From contig NC_043003.1 of NCBI RefSeq assembly GCF_006345805.1, positions 2,418,001 through 2,482,000 of the forward strand: a stretch of 64,000 bases of DNA. The letters are read 5' to 3'. Source of the DNA: Octopus sinensis (lineage: Eukaryota). Position numbers and translations under genes: made by a program. Positions 25,137 to 36,880 of this stretch are shown here, one piece after another. The notes below the pieces were generated by a model that saw nothing but the letters and a program-made list of their open reading frames with translations, did no database searches and was not told the DNA's origin. Each line of letters begins with the position of its first letter. Position 1 is the stretch's first letter.

Positions 25137-25494
25137 AAACCAGAGCACTCAGAGAGTGCAAGCCTCTTCCAAGATAACACCAACAATTAACCAGAGAGGA
25201 TTTTTAAAATGAGAATATCTGAAATAAACTCGAATGCTCTCACAAACGAGAATACTAAAAATGAACCCGACCACTCTCAGAAATTAAGTAAAAAAAACAG
25301 GAAACATAATCCAGAATCCTTGTCTGGTACTGGATCGATCCCAGAATCTAATGAGTTTGTGCCAGTCACAGGGCCAAACATCCCTGAAAATTTCATCAGA
25401 ATCTATCCAGTGGTTCTTGAGACGTCATGTCCATGGACAAATAAACAAACGTAACTGGAAACAATAGCTTTGCCTTTGCTAAGGCAGAAATAAT
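25137..25494 (+). mobile_element. Helentron-associated (HINE)-like non-autonomous element, degenerate
   Basis: Subterminal GCCTCTTCCAAG and CTAAGGCAGAAATAAT plus an internal AAAC tract. Matches only a recalled consensus. Confidence 0.4.
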
Positions 25495-25786
25495 GAATTG
25501 ATTACAAGTTGTAAAGCTCAAAAAATGAAATAAAGGAACCTTTATATATGTTTCAGTCCTATCACCTGGTTGGTCGGAATTTCCAAGCATTTGGTTAAAT
25601 GCTAAGAAAGGTACCACATCCTATCTATATCATGGCAAGACTTCTTCAGGGTTAATTCAGAGCTCATGGAACTTAGGTAATCATTTATGTATATGTGTGT
25701 ATGTATATACATATATATATATATACATAAGATAAACTTACTTGGAAATGGATGAGTGGCATTCAATTATATAAAGATATAAATAA

Positions 25787-26523
25787 TCATCATCATCATC
25801 ATCATCATCATCATTTAGCGTCTGTTTTCCATGCTAGCATGGGTTGGACGGTTCAACTGGGGTCTGTGAAGCCAGAAGGCTGCATCAGGCCCAGTCAGAT
25901 CTGGCAGTGTTTCTAAGGCTGGATGCCCTTCCTAACGCCAACCACTCCGTGAGTGTAGTGGGTGCTTTTTACGTGCCACCCGCACAGGCGCCAGACGGAG
26001 CTGGCAAACGGCCACGCTTGGATGGTGCTTTTACATGTCACCAGCACGGGGGCCAGGCGAGGCTGGCAACGGACATGAACGGATGGTGCTTTTTATGTGC
26101 CACCGGCATGAGGCCAGTCGGGGCGGCGCTGGCAACGGTCACGAACGGATGGTTCTCTTACGTGCCGCCGGCACTGGTAACTCCATGATCAATTTCCATT
26201 GATCGATTTCGATTCTGATATATATATTATCCGTTCGTGTCCGTTGCCAGCCTCGCCTGGCCCCCGTGCCGGTGACATGTAAAAGCACCATCCGTTCGTG
26301 GCCGTTTGCCAGCTCCGTCTGAAACCTGTGCGGGTGGCATGTAAAAAGCACCCACTACACTCACGGAGTGGTTGGCGTTAGGAAGGGCATCCAGCCGTAG
26401 AAACACTGCCAGATCAGACTGGGCCTGATGCAGCCTTCTGGCTTCACAGACCCCAGTTGAACTGTCCAACCCATGCTAGCATGGAAAGCGGACGCTAAAT
26501 GATGATGATGATGATGATGATGA
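25787..26523. repeat. Head-to-head pair of LINE family B 3' tails forming a ~295-bp inverted repeat
   Basis: 25787-26084 is the reverse complement of 26229-26523 with few mismatches. Other solitary tails lie near 28424, 35640, 37768, 38875, 42961, 44704, 51470, 53647, 56027, 57960, 58540 and 59433. Confidence 0.92.
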
Positions 26524-26538
26524 TATATATATATATAT

Positions 26539-26858
26539 GTGAGGGCGCGTGGCTTAGTGGTTAGGGCATTCGGCTCATGATCGTAAGGTTGTGAATTCGA
26601 TTCCCGGCAACGCGTTGTGTCCTTGAGCAAGACACTTTATTTCACGTTGCTCCAGTCCACTCAGCTGGCAAAAATGAGTTGTACTTGTATTTCAAAGGGT
26701 CAGCCTTGTCACTCTCTGTGTCACGCTGATTATCCCCGAGAACTACGTTAAGGGTACACGTGTCTGTGGAATGCTCAGCCATTTGCACGTTAATTTCACG
26801 AGCAAGCTGTTCCGTTGATCGTATCAGCTGGGACCCTCGTCGTCGTAACCGGCGGAGT

Positions 26859-26862
<4 letters not shown>
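26539..26862 (+). mobile_element. tRNA-derived SINE family 3
   Basis: A box TGGCTTAGTGG, B box GAATTCGATTCC, then the GTGTCCTTGAGCAAGACACTT domain. Related copies at ~21380-21632 (-) and ~36065-36200 (+). Confidence 0.8.
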
Positions 26863-26896
<34 letters not shown>

Positions 26897-27036
26897 CGGA
26901 GATGTACTTGCATAGCAAGTGATTTGATCTGAGATCGTGTGCTGAAACGAAAACAATTGCAGCGTGGAAGGTGTTTGTAAGCCATTTAAGAAACACACAA
27001 AAGCCGTTCGATTCACTTCAACATTTAAATTTAATT

Positions 27037-27080
27037 TTCAAAATATTTTCGTCGCTAAAATCCGCGACCTGTTCACTGAC
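27037..27080 (-). ncRNA. Minimal type I hammerhead-like motif with swapped G3-C8 core
   Basis: Minus strand: GUCA GUGAACA G GUCGC-ggauuuua-GCGAC GAAA AUAU UU UGAA. Confidence 0.55.
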
Positions 27081-27335
27081 GAACAGGTCGCGGTCTTAAA
27101 GCGACAAAAATATTTTGACAAGTTAAACTTAAATGTTGAAGTGAATCGAACGGCTTTTGTGTGTTTCTTAAATGGCTTACAAACACCTTCCACGCTGCAA
27201 TTGTTTATATATATATATATATTTAATATATTAAATATATATATATATAATAATTATTTGAGGGAATATTAATCCTAACTTACAGGGAAAAATTCAATTT
27301 AGAAATACTAAATCAAATTTCACACAATATTATAT

Positions 27336-27394
<59 letters not shown>

Positions 27395-27665
27395 GTATGT
27401 ATGTATATATATATGCATATATTCATACATATATGTACATACTTACATATATATGCATATATTCATACATATATGTACATACTTACATATATATGCATAT
27501 ATGGGTGCAGGACGTCACAAAACATAAACAATATGAAATACGAACCCAAACTTGGATATGCAAATGAGAGAAACAAATGGAAAACAACACAAGTAATATA
27601 AAGGACGACCCTTCATCAGTTGTTGGATGTTCATCTACTCCACATTTCGAGCAATTTACATATAT

Positions 27666-27736
<71 letters not shown>

Positions 27737-27827
27737 ATATGTTACATTACTCAATAGTCAAGATAAAGCTCTGAGTTTCAGATGCCGAAGTGGAAATCCA
27801 CAACACCATCTCTTCGGTTATCTGGCC

Positions 27828-27881
<54 letters not shown>

Positions 27882-29780
27882 GTATATACATCTTTTATCT
27901 TTTACTTGTTTCAGTCATTAGAGTACAGCCATACTGGGGCACTGCCTTGAAGAATTTTTAGTCAAATGAATTGACCCCAGGACTGTTTTTTATATATTTT
28001 TAAAGCCTGGTCTCTTTTGCTGAACTGCTAAGTCATAGGGACTAAGGCTAAAGTAGAAAACATTTGCCCAACATTCCATACAGTAGGACTGAACCTGGAA
28101 CCATTTGGTTGGGAAACAAAAGATTTCATTTAGGCATAGAAATGCTAATAACCTGGTGCTAGAACTTAGTACGCATTTGCTTCAGAAAAAAGTCTTAGTT
28201 GAGTACAAAATGTGAGATGATATTAAATAAATGAGAAAGGAACATGAATTACACAACCAGCGTCATTTGGTCACAGCTGTTTCGTTTACAAGATGCAGAA
28301 TACTCAGGGCTGTGTTCACTGCATTTCATAGCAGAACGTACCTGAACAGGATTGGGGATGATTGATATTGCTAGTCCTTGACTTATAGTGTGCAAACTAT
28401 GTGTGGGTCTGCCTGGACAAAGCATCATCATCATTTAACATCCGTTGTCCATGCTGGCATGGGTTGGATGGTTTGACTGGGCTGGCAAGCTGGAAGGTTG
28501 CACCAGACTCCAGTCAGATTTGGCATGGGTTTCTATGACTAGGTGCCCTTCCTAAAGCCAACCACTCAAAGAATGTAATGGGTGCATTTAAGTGCCACTG
28601 GCACAGGTGCCAATTTGTGTGACACCAGTATCTGTCACGACAGCAATTTTGCTCAGCATGACATAATGCCAAAGGTCTCGGCCATTGCCTCTGTGGGGCC
28701 CAATGAATAAATCCAAATATGATACAGAAGCAGCACTAGTATGATAAACATCATCAACACCAAATACCTAGCGCATGAGCTATGTGTATTTGCCAGTAGG
28801 TCACGATTTGGTGTGGTGGTGAATACTCTCTCAAAGATCCAGATCTTAAAACACTTGGAAGTCATGGACAGGTGAAATAACTGACCTCTAATTCTAATCC
28901 CATCTTGGACTGATGGACAATTTCATCTTCTATATACTTTGCCCAGGCACACCAGCCCATAGTTTGCCTGCTATATGCGTAGAAGTCACAGACTGGTGAT
29001 ATCATTCATCTTCCAATCCTGTTTCGGTATGTGATGTTGACGAGCCACGAAGATAATGAAACATTGATGTCAGAACAGAGAAATTCCAGCTTAGGTGGGT
29101 GTGCTATTCCGAAAGTCTGCCAAAGCATTCTTTCGTAAAAATTACCTGGCAATAAAGGGATACTCATCTAGCTTTTATAGCTTTTATGTCAATTCTATTC
29201 AGTTAATAAATTCTTATGTTTTTTCTCTCTCTCTTTCTCTCTGTGTATGTATGTGTGGCCATGCATGAGTGTGTGTGTGTGAGAGTGTTTGCCTTCAGTG
29301 CCAAAACATACTGTCACCAAAACAGTCATGCCAAATCGTCAGCATTCAGACAAAAACCAAACAAAGAATCAGGAAACATTATGGGTGTGGAAGAACATGA
29401 TGGCTATGTATGGATGCCAATGTACACAGAATGGTTAAAAAAAGGGGGAAATGTTGTCTCGTCCATTACTGACTTTGTTTTTGATCTGTCTGGGGTCGAT
29501 TAAACTAAGTACCTGTCATATACTAAGTCAGTTTAGTTGACTATATTCATCATTATCATTATCATTATTATTACTATTAGTATTAAGACAGCAAGCTGCG
29601 CGAAATGCTAGGCGGCATTTTGTCTGTATTTACATTCTGAGTTCAAATTCCGCCGAGGTCAACTTTGCCTTTCATCCTTTCGGGGTTGATAGATTAAGTA
29701 CCAGTTACGCACTGGGGTCAATATAATCAACTTAATCCCTTCCTCCAACTTTGAGACCTTGTCCTTCCAGCAGAAAGGAC

Positions 29781-29813
<33 letters not shown>

Positions 29814-31264
29814 GGTAAGGAGCTGGCAGAATCATTAGCATGTCAGGCTGCTAAGCATTTTGTTCATCTCTACGTTGTGAGTTCAAATTCTGTTTGCTTA
29901 GGTTGACTTTGACTTTCATCCTTTTAAGAGTCGATAAAATAAATACCAGCTGAACACTGGGGTCAATGTAACTGACTTATCCCCTCCCCTCAGATTGCTG
30001 GCCTTGTGCCAAAAGTTGAAACTATTATTTTTATTTATTACTTTTATTTATTTATTACTTTATTACCCACAGACGAAGGGATTAAGTCGATTACAAGACC
30101 CCAGTGCATAACTGGTACTTATTTAATTGACCCCGAAAGGATGAAAGGCAAAGTTAACCTCAGCGGAATTTGAACTCACAACGTAACAGCAGACAAAATA
30201 CCGCTAAGCATTTCACCCGGCGTGCTAACGCTTCTGCCATCTCGCCACCCTGTAACTATTATTATCATTATTGTCAATTGTGTCAGAATGACTGGCGTTT
30301 TCTAGAAGACCAGGACAAATACTGGAAGTACCATTATTGGAATTAATCAATCAGCACTGTGCTTGGTGAATCAGCAGACATGTCCAACTGGAGAACATTA
30401 GAAGTGCTGTATATGCAGGCATTGTCAAAGAAGTATTAGACAAGATACTAAAGATATTGTTTTTGCTTTCCTCAGTTTCATGTCACACCATCTCTCATTC
30501 TCTGGTTGATGGCAGTTGACTGTAAATAATCCATTGTCCTGGAGCAAATAAGTATCAATAGTTAACTGGTTTCATTATTGCTTGTTAACTATTTGAAAGT
30601 CCAATTTTATTTTATTGCTCAGTTTCTGGCTAAGATCAAGTTCAATTATTTTCATTTTCTCGCTGCTTAAAACGAAATATTGTTTTGCTTGTCCTGACAT
30701 TGAGTTCAAATGTTACATTTTTCAACTGTGAAATGAAACCAGATTTTTCAACATTATTATTTCTTTATATTAGCACGCCAGCGAAATGCTTAACAGTTTT
30801 ACGTCTGTCTTTATGTTCTGAGTTCAAATTCCCCCAAGGTCGACTTTACCTTTCATCCTTTCGGGGTTGGTAAATTAAGTACCAGTTGCATACTGAGGTC
30901 AATGTAATCGACTGGGTCCCTCCCCCGAAAATTTCGGGCCTTGTGCCTAGGGTAGAAAAGATTATTATTTCTTTATTGCCCACTGGGGGCAAAAGTTTTT
31001 AACACAAAGAAACAACTTTTACTTACTCTTTTGGCAACCTCAATAAGAAAGTAAACCAAAATCTTTAAACACAGTGAAACAAGTTAAACTATCGAACAAA
31101 ACTGAAGACAACTGGAATCATAAGGCAAACATGTTATGAAGCTATAGGAGTGAAACCGTAATTTTATTCATCAAATTAAACTCAAAAAAGAAATGATAAT
31201 TGGTGAAATTGCCTCGAATTCTGCTAGTTAATACAAAGTTGACTGTAATGAGATGTGGGCATAG

Positions 31265-31770
31265 CTACACAAGTGCGCCCCCCCCACCTCGACTTTGTTT
31301 CCTCATAACTTCCAGAAAGATATTATTTTAATGAAATTTTCTATATATACCCTTCAGATGGTGTAAATTACGATTACATCGGAATTAATATATATACATT
31401 AAAAAAAAAATGGTGGTCTTGCACACATATTTACTGACAAACATCACAATTTTTCTTGAAATTTCAATTTTCATTTTGTGACGTGACAGTATGTATGTGT
31501 GCAAGCCCACCGTTTTTTCCAAATTATAGTCCAATATAATCCGTAATCTAGATCCCCTGAAAGGTACTTGTAGAATATTTCAATAAAAAATTCCCATTTT
31601 TCTGAAAGTCCCGAGGAAACAAATCCACCCCTGAAAAAATTTTGTTTATCAAAAATTTCGATAAAATCAGAATCAACACCATCTGAAGCGTATTTGTAGA
31701 AAATTTCATTAAAATCCAGTTTCTGAATGTTTTGAGGAAATCAAATCGACAGCGGGGCGCTCTTGTGTAG
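31265..31770. mobile_element. MITE-like element with ~100-bp imperfect inverted arms
   Basis: 31265-31364 matches the reverse complement of 31676-31770. No TSD seen. Confidence 0.65.
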
Positions 31771-31961
31771 GTATACCTTTTAAATCAACGTAAAATATTC
31801 TTTTCTACTCTAGGCAGAAGACCCGAAATTTTGGGAGAGGGGGCCAGTCGATAAATTAACTGGTACTTAATTTATCGACCCTGAAATGATGAAAAACAAA
31901 GTCGACCTCGGCGGAATTTGAACCCAGAACATAAAGACAGGCAAAATACCTATTTCTTTAC

Positions 31962-32175
31962 TACCCACAAGGGGGCTATACACAGAGGGGACAAACAAAC
32001 GGATTAAGTCGATTATATCGACCCCAGTGCGTAACTGGTACTTAATTTATCGACCCCGAAAGGATGAAAGGCAAAGTCGACCTCGGCGGAATTTGAACTC
32101 AGGACGTAACGGCAGACGAATTACCGCAAAGCATTTCGCCCGGCATGCTAACGATTCTGCCAACACGCCGCCTTC
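31962..32175 (-). mobile_element. tRNA-derived SINE family 1 (representative young copy)
   Basis: tRNA-like head plus the conserved GCCTTTCATCCTTTCGGGGTCGATAAATTAAGTACCAG core. Other copies lie near 5212, 5446, 7720, 18500, 19190, 19580, 22430, 29590, 29815, 30065, 30770, 31800, 32176, 33560 and 51100. Confidence 0.85.
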
Positions 32176-32453
32176 TTCTCTACTCTAGGCACAAGGCCTG
32201 AAATTTTGGGGGAGGGGGCCAGTCGATTAGGTCGACCCTTGTACGCAACTGGTACTTAATTTATCGAACTCAAAAGGATGAAAGGCAAAGTCGATCTCGG
32301 CGGAATTTGAACCCAAAACGTAAAGACAGGCAAAATACATCAACGTAAAATATTGGCGCACCTTTTGTTCGACGCACAAAACATTTAGCCATTTTACCAT
32401 AACAATATAAAAAATTGTGGAACTCATAACTTTACGGAGTTGTTTATTGATAG

Positions 32454-32875
32454 GGCAATCTTTCGTCTCTAGTGTCTCTAGTAGACCTTTCCGTCGATTT
32501 CCGTAAAAAAATTTTTTTTTTTACATATGGGCTTGCGGGAACCTTTGAAGTAATGAGAGCGAAAGAGACTAAGAGAAAGCGATTGTATGACGAGGGAAGT
32601 TCTTTTGAAGTTACCGTGCATTGGAAGCATTGATGTATATGTGTGTGTTTGATGGTGTGTGGGAGACAGACAGTATGTTGTGTAAGTGAAGTGCTTCTGT
32701 TAGTGTGTGTGAAGAGACAGAGTAATGTGTGAAAGAAAGAGATAACTGAAATTTTTTACTCGGTGTATGTGTATATGTATGTATATTACTTCAAAAGTTC
32801 CCGCAAGCCCATATGTAAAAAAAAAAAAAATTTACGGAAATCGACGGAAAGGTCTACTAGAGACGAAAGATCGCC
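32454..32875. mobile_element. MITE with ~100-bp TIRs and a 7-bp TSD (TTGATAG)
   Basis: Arms at 32454-32554 and 32785-32875. TTGATAG at 32447-32453 and 32876-32882. Confidence 0.88.
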
Positions 32876-33261
32876 TTGATAGCACTCTACATTCAGAGTC
32901 TAAATCCCACCAGATGAATAAAATAAATCCTGTCTCATTCAAACAGAATCGATTCAACGAGTTTCAAGAAAATTATTTCGCAAACGAGAGACACCATGTT
33001 GGGTTAACGGTGAGGAAAAGTCAGCATTTTTGCTTTCGTATAATATCTGGGGAAATAAATTAACCCTTAAATCTACGAGGAAAAGAGAAGTTAAATCGAA
33101 TATTAAATTATCGAATAATAATATACACGTATATTTTTAAGTGTGAAGCATTGCATTATAGACTCTGTAATAGATGTGTTTATCGCTGACAGAGTGGAGA
33201 GTTGTTTCTAGCCTGGCTTTGGTCCAGTTTCAGTCGTTGTTTATCAATTGTTTGGGCTTAA

Positions 33262-33519
33262 ATGACTTCGCTGATGTGGAATTGTAGACGATTGTTATTG
33301 TTCAACTGCCTTCCTTCGCTGGTGAAACATTGCAAGAAATGTAGTCGTTTCCAGAAGCAACTTGTCTGTTCTTTCTTCAGTGGACCCCGACTCGGCCAAA
33401 CTGGGAATTCCAAACAAACCTTCAACCCGAAGAAAGCTGTTATTCTATCAAAGGTTACTCGATATGAATACGAGAAATTGTTGTTTGGCGAAGGCACCGA
33501 AGAGCAACTCATTCAAAGT
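33262..33519 (+). CDS. NADK2: NAD kinase 2, mitochondrial, coding exon 1
   Basis: ATG at 33262. The R/K/L/S-rich N-terminus is consistent with a mitochondrial presequence, followed by FNPKKAVILSKVTRYEYEK (NADK2-like). Donor AGT|gtgagc, phase 0. Confidence 0.88.
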
Positions 33520-35603
33520 GTGAGCGTTTTATATTTAATTTATAATCATTATTTTATATCATTATGTTCTAAGTTCAAATACCGCCGACGTCCACTTTGT
33601 CTTTCGTCCCCTCGTGGGGTCGATGAAATAAAGTACCAGTTAAATACTGAGGGCATGTCGTCGTTTAGCTCCCTTCTCAGTTAACCTTGTGCCAAAATTT
33701 AAAACCATTATTTCATATCCTTGGATTCAACTTGGGATAAAGTCATTCTGTATTATTTTTTTTCGTTTTTAATCAGCTTTAAAATATAAATTAATTAATT
33801 AGACAGAAATGTGGCCACCCAGGGACGGCGATTTTATTATTTACACCCGTCTTTAAATGTCTAAACACATGCAAATATATTAGATGGGATTTCCTTCACT
33901 TTTTGTTGTAAAAATTGTTTTTCTCCTTATCATCAAAAGACGGTCGATAAGGTTATTCCATTAATAATCAAAATACGTAAAAGAGGCAAAAACGCAAAAC
34001 GCACCGACAGCACTCACCACATACAACGCATTTGTCCAGCACAGACTCGACATAATTGATCCATCCATCATGTCTTGTTCTACTTCTGTCTGTGGACTCG
34101 GATCTTTTTAATTACAAAAGGACAACAGGACGGGGGAAAAAAAGAAATGTACAAATTAGCAGTGCCCGTCTCACCACCGGTTGCACCTTATTGTTACCCA
34201 TAAACCGTTTTTGAAGGCCCCCCCCTCCTGCTGCATGTTCCTCAATGTGGGCCCAACCCATCAAGATAGACAGACACGCGGGAGGATTCTTCTGGGAAAT
34301 AAGTGTATTCGAAAAGTGAGTTCATTCATTCACTGCCGTAATTTAGTCACAAGGACGATCTGTCATTAACTTGTACTTTCACTTTGTCAAATGGTGACTG
34401 ATATCAATTCCGTTGTGGTCTTGGAAGAATTTATGTTTTTACGCTGACTGATATTTTGTGGTGAAGTAAGGACTTCTGATTGGCGAAAATCCAACTTATG
34501 TGGGTGACCTGTTCCAGATCTCCACCTTACTTTTATTGTGTTGTTGTTTAAGATAAGAATGGTTAAGAATATTTTCTTCTTTGTTTCTGCACCTTAACAA
34601 CAAAATACTCTGAACAACTTCATACAATCACACTTTCTCATCTTAACACAAAAAAGAATTCTTAAGTGCACACACACAGAAAGGGGATGGGGAAATCCAT
34701 GACAAATAAGCTGGGCATAACATAATGCCGGGAAGAAGAATCTGTTTTGGTCATAAAATAAAATCATACTAGTTCAAAAGTTTGACGAAGTGAAAATGGT
34801 ACGCTAAAGTCCAAGATTGCGTAATAAACTTCCTTCTAAAGGTTTCATTCGAAAACAAGTACGATTAGCTAAATATATTCTATTGATCAGTGGCTTCTTT
34901 TATACCGATAAAATTAATGCAAACATAAACTAAATTAGTGGATTATAAACTATTTTAGTCTGTCAGAGAATAAAAGAAAATAATCTTTCTCAAAAACGAT
35001 CGATTCGTGTCTGTTTTCTATCTCGTATAACCTCCAGTGGCGTAGCTGGGGTATGGGAGGTCCGACGGCATTTGGGTCTGCAGTATAGGCTTTGGGAACC
35101 GGAGGAGACTCAAGGGCACCCCCGGGCGGCACACAACCTAGCTACGTACCATATTAGAACTGACGGCGGACCTTCGGAGGCGTCACGTAGAATTTTTTTT
35201 CCCGCGAATCCTTCCATTCTTTCTGGTAATCCGACAAATGTCAGCCACTTAATTTTGCATACTTTCGAGTTTCGTCTTCATAATGAATAACATCCATCGT
35301 GATAATGTCTTTGAATTTCCATCGAAAAGAACAGGTTGTCTCACTTAAATGAATACTTATTTAGGATTTGGGTTAGTTTTTCAACCTTGTATCTCTTATC
35401 ACTTAACTTGTTTCAGTCTTCGGACTTCTGCAATGTAGGGGCACCGCCTTGAAGGGCTTTGGTCATATAAGTTGACCTCAGGACTTATTTTTTTACGTCT
35501 TGTATTTATTCGATTGATCTCTAAATTACGTGGACGTAAAACAAACCAACACCGTTTGTCAAGAGTTGGGTTGGGACCAAACACAAGTACACACAAACAT
35601 ATT

Positions 35604-35635
<32 letters not shown>

Positions 35636-36439
35636 ATGCCACATAAAAAGCACCCAGTCCCCTCTGTAAAGTGGTTGGCGTTAGGAAGAGCACCCAGCTG
35701 TGGAAACCAGGCCAAAACAGACAATGGAGCCTGGTGTGGCTCCTGGCCTTGCCAGCTCCTGTCAAACCGTTCAACCCATGCCAGCATGGAAATCAGAAGT
35801 TAAATGCTGTTGATGATGATGATATGATGGTCTTCCACATTTTCCATCCACCAAATTTACTCCCAAGGCATTGGTTGACCCATGGCTATAGTGGAAGACA
35901 CTTGCTGAAGGTGCTGCCCAATAGAACTAAATGCGAAAGACCATGGTCACAGAGTGAGTTTCTTAACCCTCTGGCAATGCCTGAGCCAAGAACTTTAAAA
36001 AAAAAAAAAGGTTTCTTAAAACCCTTTCTCAGGAAATATCCTGTGGAGTGAAAAATTAAACATTTCAAGTGGTGTGGTGTAGTGTAGTGGTTAGGGTGTT
36101 CAGTTAGTGGCCATAAGACTGTAGGTTCGATTCTTGTGCCTGGTAGTGTACTATGTCCTTGAGTAAGACATTTCATGTTGCCCCAGTCTGTAAATGAGTA
36201 CCATCCAAGATCTGGCACAGCCTCCCCTCCTTCTCTCTCCAGGAAAGACTGTTTACAAACTTTAGCACTTTCTTTTTGCTGTAGTTAATATTACAGTTAG
36301 TGACAACTACTGGGTGTCCATAAATTACCTTTACAATTTATAAAACTGGAGCCGATAGGTGTTGACTGTGGGGTTGTAAGGCCTGTTACAGAATAACCCC
36401 TTTCTATATGAATGAGGCAAGTTCTCTGCCTCAAACTTA

Positions 36440-36880
36440 GCTGCGTCAGCTGCAAACCTGGGTATTGCTACCTGGAATGCAGAGGAGCAGAAGATAAATA
36501 GTTACAGGAGCCTGACCATCCCCTATCAGTTTGTGCCGGTCACTGTCATGTGACCTCAGGTGTTCTCTGACCCTGCATTGTGATTTCCTCCACAAAACTG
36601 GGGTGTATGCTGCCTGTCTGGGAAATGACCCCCAGGAGGTGGGGGTGGCTGTCGTAGCAAGTGTCACCGGTCAGTCTCCATGGCAATGCCTTTGCAATCA
36701 TGTCCACAAGATGTGGCTAAACATGCCACTTGCTCCAGGGTGTAGAACCCATTACCCCCACCCCACCCCCGTCTTCTGCCACTTTTTTCCCTCTTTCTTT
36801 GTTTTCTTGGGGACGTAGTTATAGGATTTATTTTTCTCAATAATTTTGTCTTCTGTACTTGTTAATGTTTTTTTCTTTCT
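36440..36880 (+). mobile_element. CRE-like (restriction-like endonuclease) non-LTR retrotransposon 3' end
   Basis: NAEEQKINSYRSLTIPYQFVPVTV..., GNDPQE and (frameshift) WLS*QVSPVSLHGNAFAIMST resemble the RLE C-terminus KY..F.PVA.ET.G...TGDPRE..L.QR.S.A.QRGNA. Confidence 0.52.

Noticed and set aside
26541-26615. tRNA-Met(CAT) gene; likewise a tRNA-like sequence at 18876-18945
   Set aside because: The acceptor stem is poor, there is no terminator, and the sequence runs directly into a SINE body.
27590-27625. CTGATGAAGGG on the minus strand
   Set aside because: No GAAA and no stem II partner. At best a fully eroded relic.
35035-35152. Small hAT-like MITE (CAGTGGCGTAGCT...AGCTACG)
   Set aside because: The right TIR is degenerate and there is no TSD, so support is insufficient.
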